A stretch of DNA of 64,000 bases, from the NCBI GenBank assembly GCA_040954595.2, contig CM082581.2:3526699-3590698 (forward strand), written 5' to 3'. This DNA is from Balanoglossus misakiensis. Lineage: Eukaryota; Animalia; Hemichordata. The position numbers and the translations under genes were made by a program. The notes under the pieces were generated by a model. That model made no database searches. It had not been told where the DNA came from and worked only from the letters and a program-made list of their open reading frames with translations. Positions 27,001-40,147 of the stretch are shown here, piece after piece. The stretch's first letter is position 1. The number at the start of each line of letters is the position of its first letter.

Positions 27001-29322
27001 CATACACCAAACATCGCCCCGAACGCAGGGAGGACTAAAACAGTCCTTTGCATTCCATGCAACCTCGCCTTACTGAGGTCCTGTCTAGGGGCTCCCTCAA
27101 GAAAACATTTTACATTTAGTAGCCCATAGTCTTTATCTATTCTTTTCTGTTCACTCCCTACGCATGGGAAACCGGCCCTGAGGAACTTCCAGTCGCCAGA
27201 AAGTCATACACATGGGTATCTCTTGAGGGCGCCCCTCGACAGGAGACCCGTTATCAATGTCGATGAGGTTCGTAAATCCAACAAGAAAGTGTCGCCCGCA
27301 CTACTATCATTTAGAAACCCACATGAATTTGTCGCCGGGGGAATTCATAAGCACAGGGAGGTGTGGAACGACGAAAAGCAGAACACAAAAAGATATGAGA
27401 ACCTCAATGATTTAATTGGATTTTCCAAGGCTTTTGTTGTGGGTGTGTTTGTAGTGGTAACTTGTTTGTTACTTGGTTTGACTGTATTTTAAGGATTGGG
27501 GGGATACCCAACTCGGTAATAATGGGCTCAAGCACGAGGAGAATAGGCTTTGCGTCCGGATGCGCCTCCAAAAGCCCGGACCCATTTCTTTAACAATAGG
27601 CATATCCATGAGCGAGGTGATGCGGCTTTGAATACTTAGTTATTCAAAACCGCGGCACAGAGCGATATCCATCCGCCATATGCAAATGAGCCGAAGTATA
27701 AAAGCAACGAGCAACGTACAGTCTGTCCCTCCCTTGCAATAGGCCAAGAGAGCAGGGCTATGTGCGTAAAAGGGACAGGGTGGGGATTTTATATGACCAG
27801 CCCCCTCGGTAATTCCTTTGCGAATGTATTCCCACCCGCCCTCCCGCTTTTTCGAATATAAGAGTTTTACACACTTCGCTATGGATGCGCCTCCAAAAGC
27901 CCGGACCCATTTCTTTAACAATAGGCATATCCATGAGCGAGGTGATGCGGCTTTGAATACTTAGTCACACAAAGTCACACATAGGACTTTGATAACTGAC
28001 AGACCATGTTCTTGAAGCCCCTGTTTTGTATGTCACATCCTTAATTAAAAGGAATGTCACAGTTATAAACTGGAATATGGCTTGTAATAGAATCACTTTC
28101 CTTTCTAGTGATTAGGACAATATGTCCACACAGATGCCTTATTAGAACATGTATCTGGGTAATCATACAACAGGTAGTTGATGTACAAGTTCATTACTTA
28201 CTTTGACAAATTTGACTTGAAGATACTCCTTGGCTAATTCTGTCATAACATCATTCATAACACCACATTGATGGGCCCACTTGGCCCAGAAATGCACTAC
28301 TACAAGATCACTGTAAGACAAAGAAAATAGTTAAGTACATGTATACTGACATCATATCGGTTACTGGATCATGTACTTACCAGTGTACAGTTGGCACATC
28401 GTACTTACTAACAAACCATTGTCTTTTGATACGCAGTGTGAAGTAGGCCTAGTAAACATACAACAACTAGGTTAAACGATTTGAAATTTGTATCTTGGTT
28501 GACCAGGGGTTACGAAGTCCGCTCCAATGAACCAGAGTGGAGTGGACTTCGGAACCCCAGGTCAACCAAGATAGCAACATTGGCAAGAGAGACAGGTAAA
28601 ACAATATAGGTATGATAGCACATACATTTGTACATATTAAAATTATTTAATGGTATAGAGAAAACACTATGTCACCATGCTTGACTTTTGATACAGCTGT
28701 AATACATGTACCGTGCATTTTGCAGGAAAACAAGCCCGAGAAAATTGCTGACTCATCATTTTACAGCATATTTTTAAGCCCCCTATTATGAAGCGGAAAG
28801 GTAGGATGGGAGCACCCTATTTTCTTTTTATTTTGTATTAAAATTCACTGATAGTCAATATGAAAATAACAATATTCTAAATTCTGAGGGATCTGGTTCA
28901 CTTAGTGGACACGACTATTCTGAGTAGACCACTAGTGACTACCGGCGCCGGCGTACCGGTACTAGTAAACAACTCGAACGTCTCGAAGTCGCAGTGGTGC
29001 TTCGAGTTGTTGACTTAATAGAGCATGTGACATGTGTGTGATTAGTGAAACTGAAAGTCTCCCGTAATATACAATCTCTGCCCGGGCCGGTTGAGGACGT
29101 CACGAACGTGATACGTGAGGTTACGGCAATGTGGTCGTCAACAGAATAAAATATCAAACATGTGAACAATAGCAATCGATTATAACCATTGCATAAGCCC
29201 ACACTCTGCACAGATACTAGTGCTCTAATGTAGCACAAAAATTCCTCAAACCTTTCGGCGTTTTTCGTTATTTCGTCGAATTCCGCCGCCGTCTTGCTTT
29301 CTACAAGATTTGCCATCGCCAT
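21047..29322 (-). CDS. GLRX3: Glutaredoxin-3 (PICOT), 329 aa, 9 exons: 29252-29322, 28202-28310, 25030-25104, 24471-24587, 23679-23853, 23165-23309, 22357-22467, 21760-21892, 21047-21100
   Basis: All introns are GT-AG and phase-consistent (990 nt total). Thioredoxin-like domain with [10 protein letters not shown], then two monothiol Grx domains, each with MLFMKG, PRCGFS and [16 protein letters not shown]. Confidence 0.97.
21342..21649. mobile_element. MITE in GLRX3 intron 8
   Basis: TIR GGGTTTACTGAGAGTTCGCCCA / TGGGCGAACTCTCAGTAAACCC. Internal repeats of TAACGGCCC. Confidence 0.75.
22714..22880. mobile_element. pogo/Tc1-like MITE in GLRX3 intron 6
   Basis: TCAAACCTGTG...ACAGGTTTGACTG-TA. 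Internal TATAGA(C/G)AGGT repeats. Confidence 0.6.
24187..24372. mobile_element. Kolobok-like MITE in GLRX3 intron 4
   Basis: TTAA-AGGTATACGGTCACCT...AGGTGACTGTATACCT-TTAA. Confidence 0.8.
25391..27965 (+). mobile_element. Internally deleted DIRS-group (Ngaro/PAT-type) tyrosine-recombinase retrotransposon in GLRX3 intron 2
   Basis: Split direct repeats A1 25391-25496, B1 27558-27640, A2 27641-27746, B2 27883-27965. Gag zinc knuckle [14 protein letters not shown] at 26482-26523. [13 protein letters not shown] near 27330 resembles the start of a DIRS pol ORF. No TSD. Confidence 0.85.
28491..28573. mobile_element. 83-bp palindromic MITE in GLRX3 intron 1
   Basis: TATCTTGGTTGACCAGGGGTTACGAAGTCC...GGACTTCGGAACCCCAGGTCAACCAAGATA. 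Confidence 0.7.
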
Positions 29323-29420
29323 ATTGGGTAGGTTTGTTCGTGCAGACCCGAACTCCTTCCTCTACAATGATCGGTGGTCGCGTTCCCTGAGTAGCCCGCC
29401 ACCACACACAGCAGATGATT
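28940..29420. promoter_or_regulatory. CpG-rich promoter/first-exon region of GLRX3
   Basis: Visible local CpG enrichment around the start codon against a CpG-depleted background. Confidence 0.5.
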
Positions 29421-30294
29421 TTCTCTCTTTTTTGCCAGTCCAATGAATATTGTTAAGCTACATGTATTTCGATATAGATTTCAGCTATTTTTAGCACTGT
29501 GGTGCACCTTCAAAATTTACATCTAGGCCTAGGCCTATACTGATAAATCCGACCTTGGCTGTGATGAAGTGGGCTTCTGTCAACAACAATATTACTGTAC
29601 TTGAACAGTACCGAACGATATCTCCCAAATATAAATGTTTCGTCTCCCAGGTCCATCACATCTGTTTGATGGGCCTAGTGGTTGCAATATTATTTGGATT
29701 CTCGAAGATTTTCTTTTTACGTGTACATCGACAAACGAGGAATGTGCATGATCAGAGGAGTTGGGGTAAAATAAAAACACTTACATTGTTATTCTGAACC
29801 TTGTGTTTAGTGCCTATTTTATGCATTTCTTGTCCAAAATTAATGACGGGCGCGATGACATGATTTACCCACTGGAAATAGTGAGTGATCCAACAGATTA
29901 GATGGGAGGCTTGCAAACTAAAAACAGCACGCGACCTTGTCATGGCAAGCCACTGTGCACTTACATGCGTGACATATTCCCACCCGTACTCATTGCACTG
30001 ACAGTACAATTTTATGCGATGACGATTCTGCCTTTTCACGATTTCTAAGTCTGCACAAAAATTTCTCTCTTTATATGATATTTACTTCAAATTGTACTCC
30101 CTAGACTAGCATGGGAGACCGATGCCTGTACAGCTTTAGCCTTTAGCTACTAGTATAGGCCTACAGTCGTTATGCACGACCACCCCTAGCACCCCGCCCC
30201 TTCTATACATATAGGCCTACCGGGTTCACACACGAAAAAAATATTGAGACACTACATGTATTTGCCTATGGTTATTGGTAAATACAGAGCATTA

Positions 30295-30465
<171 letters not shown>

Positions 30466-30516
30466 TTACATGAAAAATTCAGAAGACATATTCTCATGTG
30501 TTTCGAATATTATGGG

Positions 30517-30726
30517 GGTCACACAGGCAGTTAAGACGGTTCTGAAGCGTCTCGGATTAGAAACCGTAAAAAAAATCGTGTGTGGACGGTGTAAGTGGTC
30601 CTGAAACGGCTCAGATTTGAGACGGCTTTGCTGGCCAGACCTGAGCCGGTGTAAGGATTAACACCTCTCCGCAACCCATTGTCTATGGGGCCGAGCCTAA
30701 GAGCTTGGTCATTATACCCAGTGTGT
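30517..30726. repeat. Dispersed repeat (probable MITE); related copy at ~54162-54350
   Basis: Shared CACACAGG...TCTGAA.CGTCTC...AAGTGGTCCTG.AACG..TCAGATTTGAGA.GGCTTT...AACACCTCT...CTATGG.GCCGAGC. Confidence 0.65.
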
Positions 30727-30979
30727 TTTAGATAGACTCACACACAAGGTGAAAAGGTGTGCCCTTTACACTAAAGAGCCTAAGGGGCTTGGTGCGTGAC
30801 CCACATCGAAGGTGACGGATGAATTGCCTTTTCGGTTGGTGCGTTTGATTTCCCTGCCTGAATAATATTTTGCCTACTATGAGTATATTTTTTTCTTCCT
30901 TGTAGTACCTGAGCATTTTCCCATAATCACTGTAAATCCCTCGTCGACTGAAGACTCGTATAGTAGCACATCGAACATA

Positions 30980-32786
30980 ATGAACGTAACAAATGTAAAG
31001 CCGTATTCCAGTACACGGTACAAGAATGCACTGGCCGACATACCAGCAATCAGCAAGGTCATGACCCTCGACAAGAACGACAATCTACTGGATGTTGCAT
31101 GTGGGGAAGGAACACTGACTCAACTTGTCGCTGAACGAGTGAAATCAGTAACAGGTGAGCTTTACTTGTCCCAAGATATTGACGATATGGGGTATTTTGC
31201 AATTTTGTAAACCGAGCATGGAGCCCTTTTCTTTTAAGTTCCCATCACCATGTCCGTGTCATATTCCATTCAACAGCTTTTGATATCTTACCAAAGATGA
31301 TCGAAGAGGCGAAGAAAAAATTTTCAGCAGAAAACATCACATACAAACTGGGTGATGCTTCTAAGCTGACAACGTTTGAGGAGTACAGCAACTCGTTTAA
31401 TAAGGTCCTTGTATACTATGCCTTGCACTGGATGCCCGACCTCAGGACGCCACTGCAGGGTATATATAAGAGTTTGAAGTCTGGCGGGCAGTGTTATCTG
31501 AATATTGCAGCAGTAAACTCCGATGTGATTGATACGGTGGGAGATATTGCCGAATACACTGAACATCCCAAGTGGATAAAATATATACAGGTAATAGGTT
31601 CGTGGATAATTTGTCCATTATTTTGAAAAATCAACGAGACTTGAGTTGAAAAGATGCCATTATTATTGGTGATACTTACTTTCATACACCCTCACGTAGT
31701 CAGACTGTGTGAGAGAGTTAGATTTATGCAAGTACTTTTCATATAAAATTTAATGTAAGCCAAAGCAAACAAGGAAAAGGCTACGCAATTTCAACTCCGG
31801 TTGCGGCGCGGCAATCAATTCATAGTGTAAATTCGTATGATACGAACTAAACTCAAGGAATCAGCTGGTTAATCACTACTCATTCTGAAGTCCTTAGGGA
31901 TGGTTCTCAGTAATTCGGCGCTAAAACACCTGTGATAGATAGTGCCTTAGCTGTGGGTTCGAATTCTATCAGACACTTGTATATCACTGCAGTTTCAAAA
32001 GCACTCAAGTCTTGACCGATTATTAATTCAGTGACCCAGCTATTTCGAGAACGAATGTGAAATAGAGTACCTTTCAACCACGCTCAGGATCCTCACAGAG
32101 CCGATGATCACTTGCACACCATATGACGTTTCATACTCGCAAATAATACCGAGCAATTTTCGTTGCAGGGGTACAAACAAAAATATTTCCCTTTCAAAGG
32201 CAATTGTGATGACATGAAACAATTAATGACTGAAATTGGCTTCAAGGACATAAACTGTACAGCCAAGCCATGTGCATTCCCATTCAAGGCAGACGATGCC
32301 AAAGGTAAACGTTACAGTCTTGTGTGGGTGTTTCTTAGACTTGCTCCTAGTCTATGGGCTTCGATGTGTAGGGAACGCGACGCTACCCGAAACCACAAGC
32401 TCAGTCCCAAATTCGAAACTCACCTCACTACCAAAACACGCTTAAGGCAAGCATGCACGCAAAAAGTATTGAAATTATTTATTAAGACAAAAAAACCCAC
32501 GAAAACACAAAAAGTATTGAGATTTAAAAATCACCAAGCGACTAGTGGGCTAGTCTATGTTTTTCTGTCAATTTGCAACTTCGTTTGATGAACTTATATT
32601 CAATCTGTTCATTCTTTTGCAGCTTTTTATCGGATGTTTGTGACTCAGATCGACAGGATTCCTGCAGACAGAAAAGAAGAGTATTTGGAGGATGTGTTCA
32701 AGTTTGTTACAGACAAGGGCGAGAAGAATGGGGATGAATATATTCTCTCAATTTATTTGATAACAGCTGTTGCTGGAAAAGAATGA
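30980..32786 (+). CDS. Class I SAM-dependent methyltransferase, JHAMT/Tam-like, 262 aa, 4 exons: 30980-31154, 31277-31590, 32169-32304, 32623-32786
   Basis: Phase-consistent GT-AG junctions (789 nt). Motif I LLDVACGEG, post-I AFDILPKMIEEAK, GDA, FNKVLVYYALHW, LKSGG. AATAAA at ~33026. Confidence 0.9.
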
Positions 32787-33352
32787 CAATACATGTACTA
32801 GTAAATGTCTCAGTTTGAATAGAAGGACGCATACGACAAACAGTGCACGTGTGTCTCCCCCCCATAGGCTTGCATTGATAATTGCAAGAAAACAAACTTC
32901 TACATAAAAGGTTTGCACGAGTGCAGTTCAAAAGACCCACTCATTAAATCTAATAAGCCTTTTTTTATTTTTTGCAACAACGAATATTTAGTTGGCATAA
33001 CTAAACATATGAAATGAGTTACGAAATAAACACACCACTGACCGGCACCTCGGTGCTTCTTATACACCTCACTTTTCATTTTACGTTATGTGTCAAGAAC
33101 CATACACACTAAGATATGACCTTCGTTTAAAGTGGAACGACACCCACAATTTTAGGCTTCAAAGTACAAACGGGATGTCAAAAACGGCAACGTTCCGATG
33201 GGTTAATTCACTTTCACTTCCCGCGCAAGCAGAAGACGCGAGTTTAAAATACTACAGGAAGTGACGTCATCAACTTGCGTAGCAGTCGACGCGCAGAGCT
33301 TTCACGCGTCCGACGTTATACACAGCCAAATTGTGCGCTGCGCTGATCTGAC

Positions 33353-35656
33353 ATGGCGAAATGTCAAGTTCGCGATTGTCAAAACAGAATAGGAAAATCG
33401 ACAGGGACAAGTTTCTTCCGAATTCCAGACCCATCGAAGAGTCAAAGCAATGCTTTACTCGCAAAAACATGGCTTGAAAATATTGGTTCGGAGCAGCAAG
33501 TCTCGACTTTCAAGTTCAGTCGAAACAAAGTTGTGTGCGAGGTTCATTTTGAGCGGGCCTGTTTTGAGCGGAATCTGCAAGCAGAGCTTCTGAAATACAC
33601 ACCAAAGCGAAAAATATTGAAGGCTGATGCTGTACCGACAATATTCATCGAGAGACTTACATACGAAGCTGAATCGAGCATACAGGTAAGTGTTTAGAAC
33701 TGATTGAAACCATGTCGACTTTATGATCATTGTAGTGTAAGAACTGTAACGCACAACCACCAGGTAATGCTAGCTAGAATTTGGGAAATAGAGACGATGG
33801 AACGTTTCTGTTGGTTTGGTGTTTATATTTAGTTTGTACAGATATTTTTTTTCTGGTTGTAGAGATTTTATTCGGTTTCTAGTCACTTCGACCCCTGGCC
33901 GCTCCGACCCCCGACACCTAAAGTCACTTCGACCCCTATAAATTAATTCGGTAAGGAGACAAACTTAGTGGCGTGAATGTGTTATCAGGTTCGTTTGATG
34001 TGCTAAATATTTGCAGAGTTTTCCAGGGCTCCGGTGTGAGGCACTACACATGCGATTTTTGCGTGTGAAGTTAAAAAAAATGACACTCCAACCGTAAATC
34101 AAAAGATATAGGGTAGCTTTATTCAAAGAAATCGTGAGATTGAGTACTTAACGAATCGCAAGTTCTCGCAGCTTTACCGTGAATCGTACGCATAACAGGG
34201 ACACATATTCACCGGTCAAGTGACTGTTTTCCTGAGGAAATTTTCCCCGAAAAGTTGCATATCGTTCCTAAGTGTTGTTACAGACCTATCGAAGTGACTT
34301 GGCCACAGGGGTCGAGGTGACCACAAAGAGGTGTGAATCACTGGGGTCTAAATGGCCAGGGGTCGAAGTGACCTGTTACCTTTTATTCGACCAGTAAATT
34401 ATCTTCATATGAATTCACGAAAATTCCACATCGGACAATACAAAAAAAAAAAAAAAACATTTATACGACTGCAATCTGTCACACAGCCCATTACGTAGAA
34501 ACAACTTGAAGACGTTTCGAAGTGATAATTGTCTGTACCAATGATTGTTGACGATGTTTCACAGGGAAATCTTTTCGTGCCAATTACTTGCTGCTTCTGT
34601 ATTTGTCGATGCGTGCGGACATAGACCCTGCAATGTCCATGATGCCGACGTTTATGAACAAAGCATTATGCAAAGTTGTTCTAACTGCCGCTGATAATAA
34701 TAAACGTACCGTTTTAAATCCTTCCCGCACGCTTTGGGTATTTGGTTTAATTTCCATTTATTGACGATCGCATTGTGATCAAATGAAAGAAGCTATAGTA
34801 AAAAAGGGCAGTTTTGATATTCATTCAAGATACTAATCATGGATAGGATGGTATTGGCTTCCATTATACTACGGACGTACTACACCTGGCGAGAAGGATG
34901 GTGCATTTCCGTCCTTTTCAAATCCACAAAAGTTGACAAAGTGTTTTTGTAAGAGTAATAGTGATTCGAAAAGGTGACAACAGGGACGAGGGAGGGTATT
35001 GTTTACGGCATTGTCTCATCAAAGCAGATGTGTTTCACCCTCGCCACTTTCATAGTTTATTTCGAACAAAAGTTCATGGACACCCGTCACTTTCATCGCG
35101 GTAATTCTTTTTCACATATCATACCAGTATCGTATTCTTGTTTTGATAAATTCTATTGCATTTGTCGCAGGAACAAATCACAAATATGAGTGACAGTGAT
35201 GGACTGCGTGTCGTGGATACCGTCGTTCCATGCCCAGTTGATGAAGAGAATGATCCTGTTCTGGCTGACAATACACAGGTACGTTTATTTCAATATGTGA
35301 ACTGAGGATCGTAAAGAATGAGACATACATTGTATTGACTTATTTCTGCTTTTGTAAATGCACTTATTGGCTCATTATCAATGGTTTCGCTTGGTTGATA
35401 GTGTTATTTATTGGTATTTGTTCATTTACAGGTGAAAGTTGATGGAAAGACCACACAGTGTGTTGGGACACAGACTGATCCTGTAATCATTGAGTCTGCA
35501 CGTTGTGACACCCGTGAAAGTGAACCTCCTGCGAAGAAAAGACGGGATGATTCCCCCTGTTTCCTACGAACACCCGTTACACCACGTTTGAACATGACAC
35601 CCCGGCCCCACTGTACCAGTCCACACCGGGCCGAGAGAAAGATGATAGTCATCTAA
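33353..35656 (+). pseudogene. THAP-domain protein / truncated transposase; exons 33353-33685, 35171-35278, 35432-35656 (frameshifted continuation to ~35790)
   Basis: THAP C2CH: CQVRDC...FFRIP...W...VCEVHF...LKADAVPTIF. Phase-0 GT-AG junctions. VGTQT motif. The acidic frame (RDPNFEIDSETESDD) continues after a frameshift near 35640. Confidence 0.8.
33874..34380. mobile_element. GG...CC MITE (MuDR/Merlin-like) nested in THAP intron 1
   Basis: TIR GTCACTTCGACCCCTGGCC / GGCCAGGGGTCGAAGTGAC. TSD TTTTATTC (33866-33873, 34381-34388). Confidence 0.75.
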
Positions 35657-36459
35657 CTGAATTAGACAACACAGTACCCACTGATGGAGATGCCAGTCTG
35701 AAACGAGACCCGAACTTTGAAATTGACTCTGAAACAGAAAGTGATGACTCTTACTCAGAAAATCATGTCAGTTTTGTTGAAGAGCGCGACGTAATTTCAT
35801 TGTATTCGGTTGCTACTCGGGTGTCGCTTGAACGAACTCAAATATCATAAAGAAGCCGGTGGCCTACATTAGGCAGAAATAACATTATTACTTTAAAATA
35901 CAAAAATACCTACTACAGGCTGTCGAACTTTTGGAACAATGTCCACGACAAGTTAATCCCAGCCAGGACACGTTTTGTCCGACTATGGTCCTAGTTGACA
36001 CATAAACAGTGTATTATAATTATTATATCATGCTACCGTCCGCGATTCTGATTGGACGAGAGCGATGGTAAAATACTGTTTTACCACTGCTGGCAGTGAT
36101 AAAACGGGCCCCTGAACTAGCATGCAGCAGGGAAAATGTGCAGTTAAACCACAACCGCGTGGGATTAAACCAAAAACCACGTCGCCGTTCCCTACATCTG
36201 ATTTTAATCAGATTGGCTGATATGATGACACCTTTATCACACAAGTAAAGGTAACCGAGTTCCTGAGTTATGCGTTGAAGACATCAGGCAGTGGATGTGT
36301 GACAATATGTTAATAGCCCCCAATATATGATGGTAAAACCGAAGTTACTAGTACAATGCACATGTATTCATTTCTTCTCTAAGTTTACAGGTGTACGATG
36401 TCCGGTTCCCCCAAAGCAATATATGACTTGGCGACATCATTATTCATCCATGGATCCGA

Positions 36460-37170
36460 CACCGTTCGTAATATGGGTGTCACAGTGGATTCAACTTGCA
36501 GTATTGTTGTCAATATTTTTCAATCATCCTCTCACGCTCTCTGCATGGAAGATAGGAAAATCCCCGCAGTATACTAGATCAGTCTTCAACTGAGAAACTC
36601 GATCATGAACGTTTTATAGTACGTCTCGTTTGGATTACTAGTATTGTAATTCTATTTTACAGCCTCCCTGGTTTTGAGATTCGTAAACGACAATTCAAAA
36701 TACGGCGGCTCCAATTGTCATCACCCCTTCTATTTAATACGTTACCAGGAAGAAAAAAAGGTGATCATATCTCTCAACTTTTTCGTTAACCTTCATTGGC
36801 TCCATGTTCAGCAGCGAATCCAATTCAAAGTTCTTAGTATCTTCCCTCATGTATTGGTGACTAGACGCAGTACAGGTCGCACTCTACGCTCGCATTCAAA
36901 TCAACTTATCATCAATCCATTAGTCGCACTGCATTTTATGGCGACAGATTTTTTCCGCCAGTGTGCCCCTCGATCAGTTGTGGAACACCTTAAATTTATA
37001 AAGACCTCCTTTTATCATTATACGTAACAGTCCATTTGTTGACACGATTTTACCAAGTTTTTGATTCTTTTATTTCTCTTTTCTTCACCGTTGTCACTAC
37101 TTTTTACTTTATTGTAAAGCGCATTGAGAAAATTTATTAATATGTAATGCGCTTTATAAGAAATAAAGAT
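36460..37170 (+). mobile_element. Degenerate L2/CR1-clade LINE 3' fragment
   Basis: LHWLHVQQRIQFKVL and RTLRS are typical of the C-terminus of L2 ORF2. 3' tail GTAAAGCGCATTGAG...AATGCGCTTTATAAGAAATAAA. Confidence 0.7.
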
Positions 37171-38789
37171 TAGGATATACACATCCTCACTTGCCTAAAG
37201 AAACGAACACTCAGTCAAAGCGGATCAAATATACATGGTCACTTTGAAAAAAAGGGTACAGGTAAATTTTCTAATGCCAATACTCTTCAACGGGAATCAA
37301 ACAAAATTCAAGTGAACTCTGTCTGAGTTGCAGACAGACTCAATCGGTGAACTTAACGCCTCAGCATAGAATTGAAAAGTAAAATACGCCAATCACCGCG
37401 ATACCACTATTGCTATTTTAGTGCGGAAAAACAAAACAAACCAGACAAACAATAGAGTATGTGCAAATTCGATGCTTCTACAAAATTTCTCACCTCTTTG
37501 ACTAAATGCAGACAAGTAGGCCGCCTGTAAACGACTACTCAGATGCAACTGTACTGACATTATATATAAGGATTTAAAAAAATTCACAAACTCAATAATA
37601 AATGGTTAAATAAACAATAATTGTAACGTCTCCGTTAAACATTTTTGTCGAGAAAAGAAAACTACCGTACACACAGCACAGTCTGAATCTTCTCGGAATA
37701 TTTTGATCTCATGATCAAGATTAACAGCGCCGCTAACGTTGAAAGCGGCCTATCCTGAAGAATGACTGTATTTGTCGATCGGTCATTACAAGCTCTCTGA
37801 AACTACAAAAAACATACAGTTTTTTGTTTAGATTACTGTTCAAGTTTGTGTACATGTGTGCATGCACGTGTATATAAAGAAATTTACGTCTTTGTAATGA
37901 GATTTGTAAAATCCAGCTTTCAAGGAGAGCAAATATTTTTTAAACGTTTTCCCGTCATTTTTTTTTGTTTCACCATTCTACACAAACTGCATGCGGCTAT
38001 TTATTTTCCTCAATCATCATCATAATTTCCTCTTAAGTAATTTTCATTTCTGATAAATCAATTTCACTTCGTTGCCTTTTTAACAACAAACCCACCCCAC
38101 AAGCCTCCGTTATAAATGCGAGCATCACGTCACCGCAAAAATGGTACGCCTTGTAGTATCGATGTGTAGCAGCGAAGTGTGTAAATTTCTACTCCCACAG
38201 GTTTCTACTCGATAACGCCAGGTCGTCAATCTTCTTTTTATTTGTCATTTCAACTAAAGATATCAAAATAATGTTAGGCCACGACTGATATACACCCATA
38301 TACAACAATGTATCTAGTACTTCCAAGTTCTATATGCAGCTTCATAATTGCGGATATAACGTTAACGATATCGTGACCTGAAAACGTCCCAGGCCACACC
38401 CATGCTCTATGTCCGTCCTCCTTTTCTGTAACAGCTGTACCGAACATCAGTTACGTTTATTTACATTTGTTTATATAGACTCCGACTGATCTTCGACGTC
38501 AACAACTCTTCAAGTCGGGGGCGGTCTCCCTGAACTGAGCCGGACACAGACGCGCTGTCGTCCTTGACGATAATCATCGCAGCTCGGGGCAATTTAAAAT
38601 TGTTAAGCTTGCTTTCCGCTGTCTAATCTAAAAGGCTTGCAATTGGTTTATGCAATCGGCCATCTAGTCTGAGAGGAGGAATTTCTTTCCGAATAAACAT
38701 CGCTTGACCTTGACGAGCGAAAGATACTTGCATTACATCAACGGCATTTAGCTGGGTGTGTAAATTTGCTATAAATTCAAGATACTCGG

Positions 38790-38905
38790 GTCCCATCGAA
38801 AGGACTCGCTACTCTAAAAGATTCGCTACTCTTAGCCTGTTTAGGTACCACACACCAAGATTTCAAAACAGTTTCATGCCTTATGCCCTCCACAATTATC
38901 AGAAA
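38790..38905 (+). mobile_element. Short non-LTR retrotransposon ORF2 C-terminal remnant
   Basis: RTRYSKRF...HTPRFQNSFMPYAL resembles the RTxRFxNSFxP end motif of LINE reverse-transcriptase ORFs. Confidence 0.45.
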
Positions 38906-40147
38906 GAGTTTTTTACCGGCATGTTCTTTCGGTGTTGTCCATTCTCAAATCATATATGGTATTAAATTTCTGTATTTTTGTCTACCTATTGGCAATTGAC
39001 TTTCAAGACTTATCAGCTTATTGTTCTACAATTTTAAAATACTGTTTCACCAAAGCTTTTTATTTTCTTCACCCTAGTTTTAACGGGAACCTGTATAACT
39101 GACCTGTCTGTATCGTGACGTACAAACAAGGTACATTTGATATTGGGATGTTTGATAAAAAAATATAATAATGCCGTTAATTTAAACTATCCTCTATATT
39201 TTACCATGGTTAAGGTAGTCTATAGGTCAATAGCAAAATAGCCAGAAAGAAAAAACCCTTGCCGATTGTACTGAAAAATCAAAATTCGCTAAAAATGGTG
39301 CTAATATTATTTTTGTGTGGCATATAGCCACGGTTATTGTAGAAGAGATACTTCCAGCCACTGACCGTGATGTAGCCCTAATCACATAGAAGTTATCGGG
39401 CGACTTTTATGGCGAAATCTAGCAAGTACCAACTTGGGTTTACAGAAACAAGAAGTCGACCAAGCCTGTGTGTTCCCGGGGTGTGTTCATTCATGGCAAC
39501 TTGTAAGACAAACTAGTATGTAGTAAGATACATGCTTAGTCTTGGAACTGAGCACGCTACCAGTAAAAATCTGAGATATAGCATTAAAAACCGAGAAAAC
39601 CGCTGCAGAAAACCACTCCACGTAACCATTTGGGATATAATCTCATGTACCCATCAATTATATATATATTGATATTCATACTATTTCTTGTCCAAGTACT
39701 GGGTTGACCTCTTAATATGACCGTGACGTCACCATCAACTTTGTTTATTTCCAGGCGTATGTTTGATTGGAATCGATATGCTGTTGAAATTAATCGTCAC
39801 ACCCCGCCGCCAACATAGAAAAACATTTTATAAAGTTGAATCTCGAGTCTCATCCATTGGTATTCTAAACGTCAACTTGTGCGCGTGTAATTATTACAAG
39901 CAATATCATGTTCACGTAATCGGAAAGTGGGAATCTAAGTTGCGAAGTTATTCCAATGGGTCGAAGACACTGGTTCAAGAATTGCTTAGTTCATGGAAGA
40001 GCCTCTATCACTTTCTTCGTGCGGACATGCCAAGCTACAGTTCAGTTATAGGGAGTGCAAGTATATTTGGTTGTGGTGTTTGAGGCCCGTTTTTTTCATC
40101 GTTCACAGTTTTGTCACTGACTTTGTGACACAACGTTGCCGTTCATC

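Larger units (their letters stand above)
33131..35830 (+). mobile_element. Decayed Kolobok-like DNA transposon
   Basis: Left end TTAA|AGTGGAACGACACCC. Encodes a THAP protein. Possible degenerate right end GGGTGTCG-CTTGAA at ~35819-35832. Confidence 0.55.

Noticed and set aside
25391-27965. LTR retrotransposon or CRISPR-like interpretation of the direct repeats
   Set aside because: No TG...CA ends, TSD or regular spacers. The A-B-A-B order fits split direct repeats.
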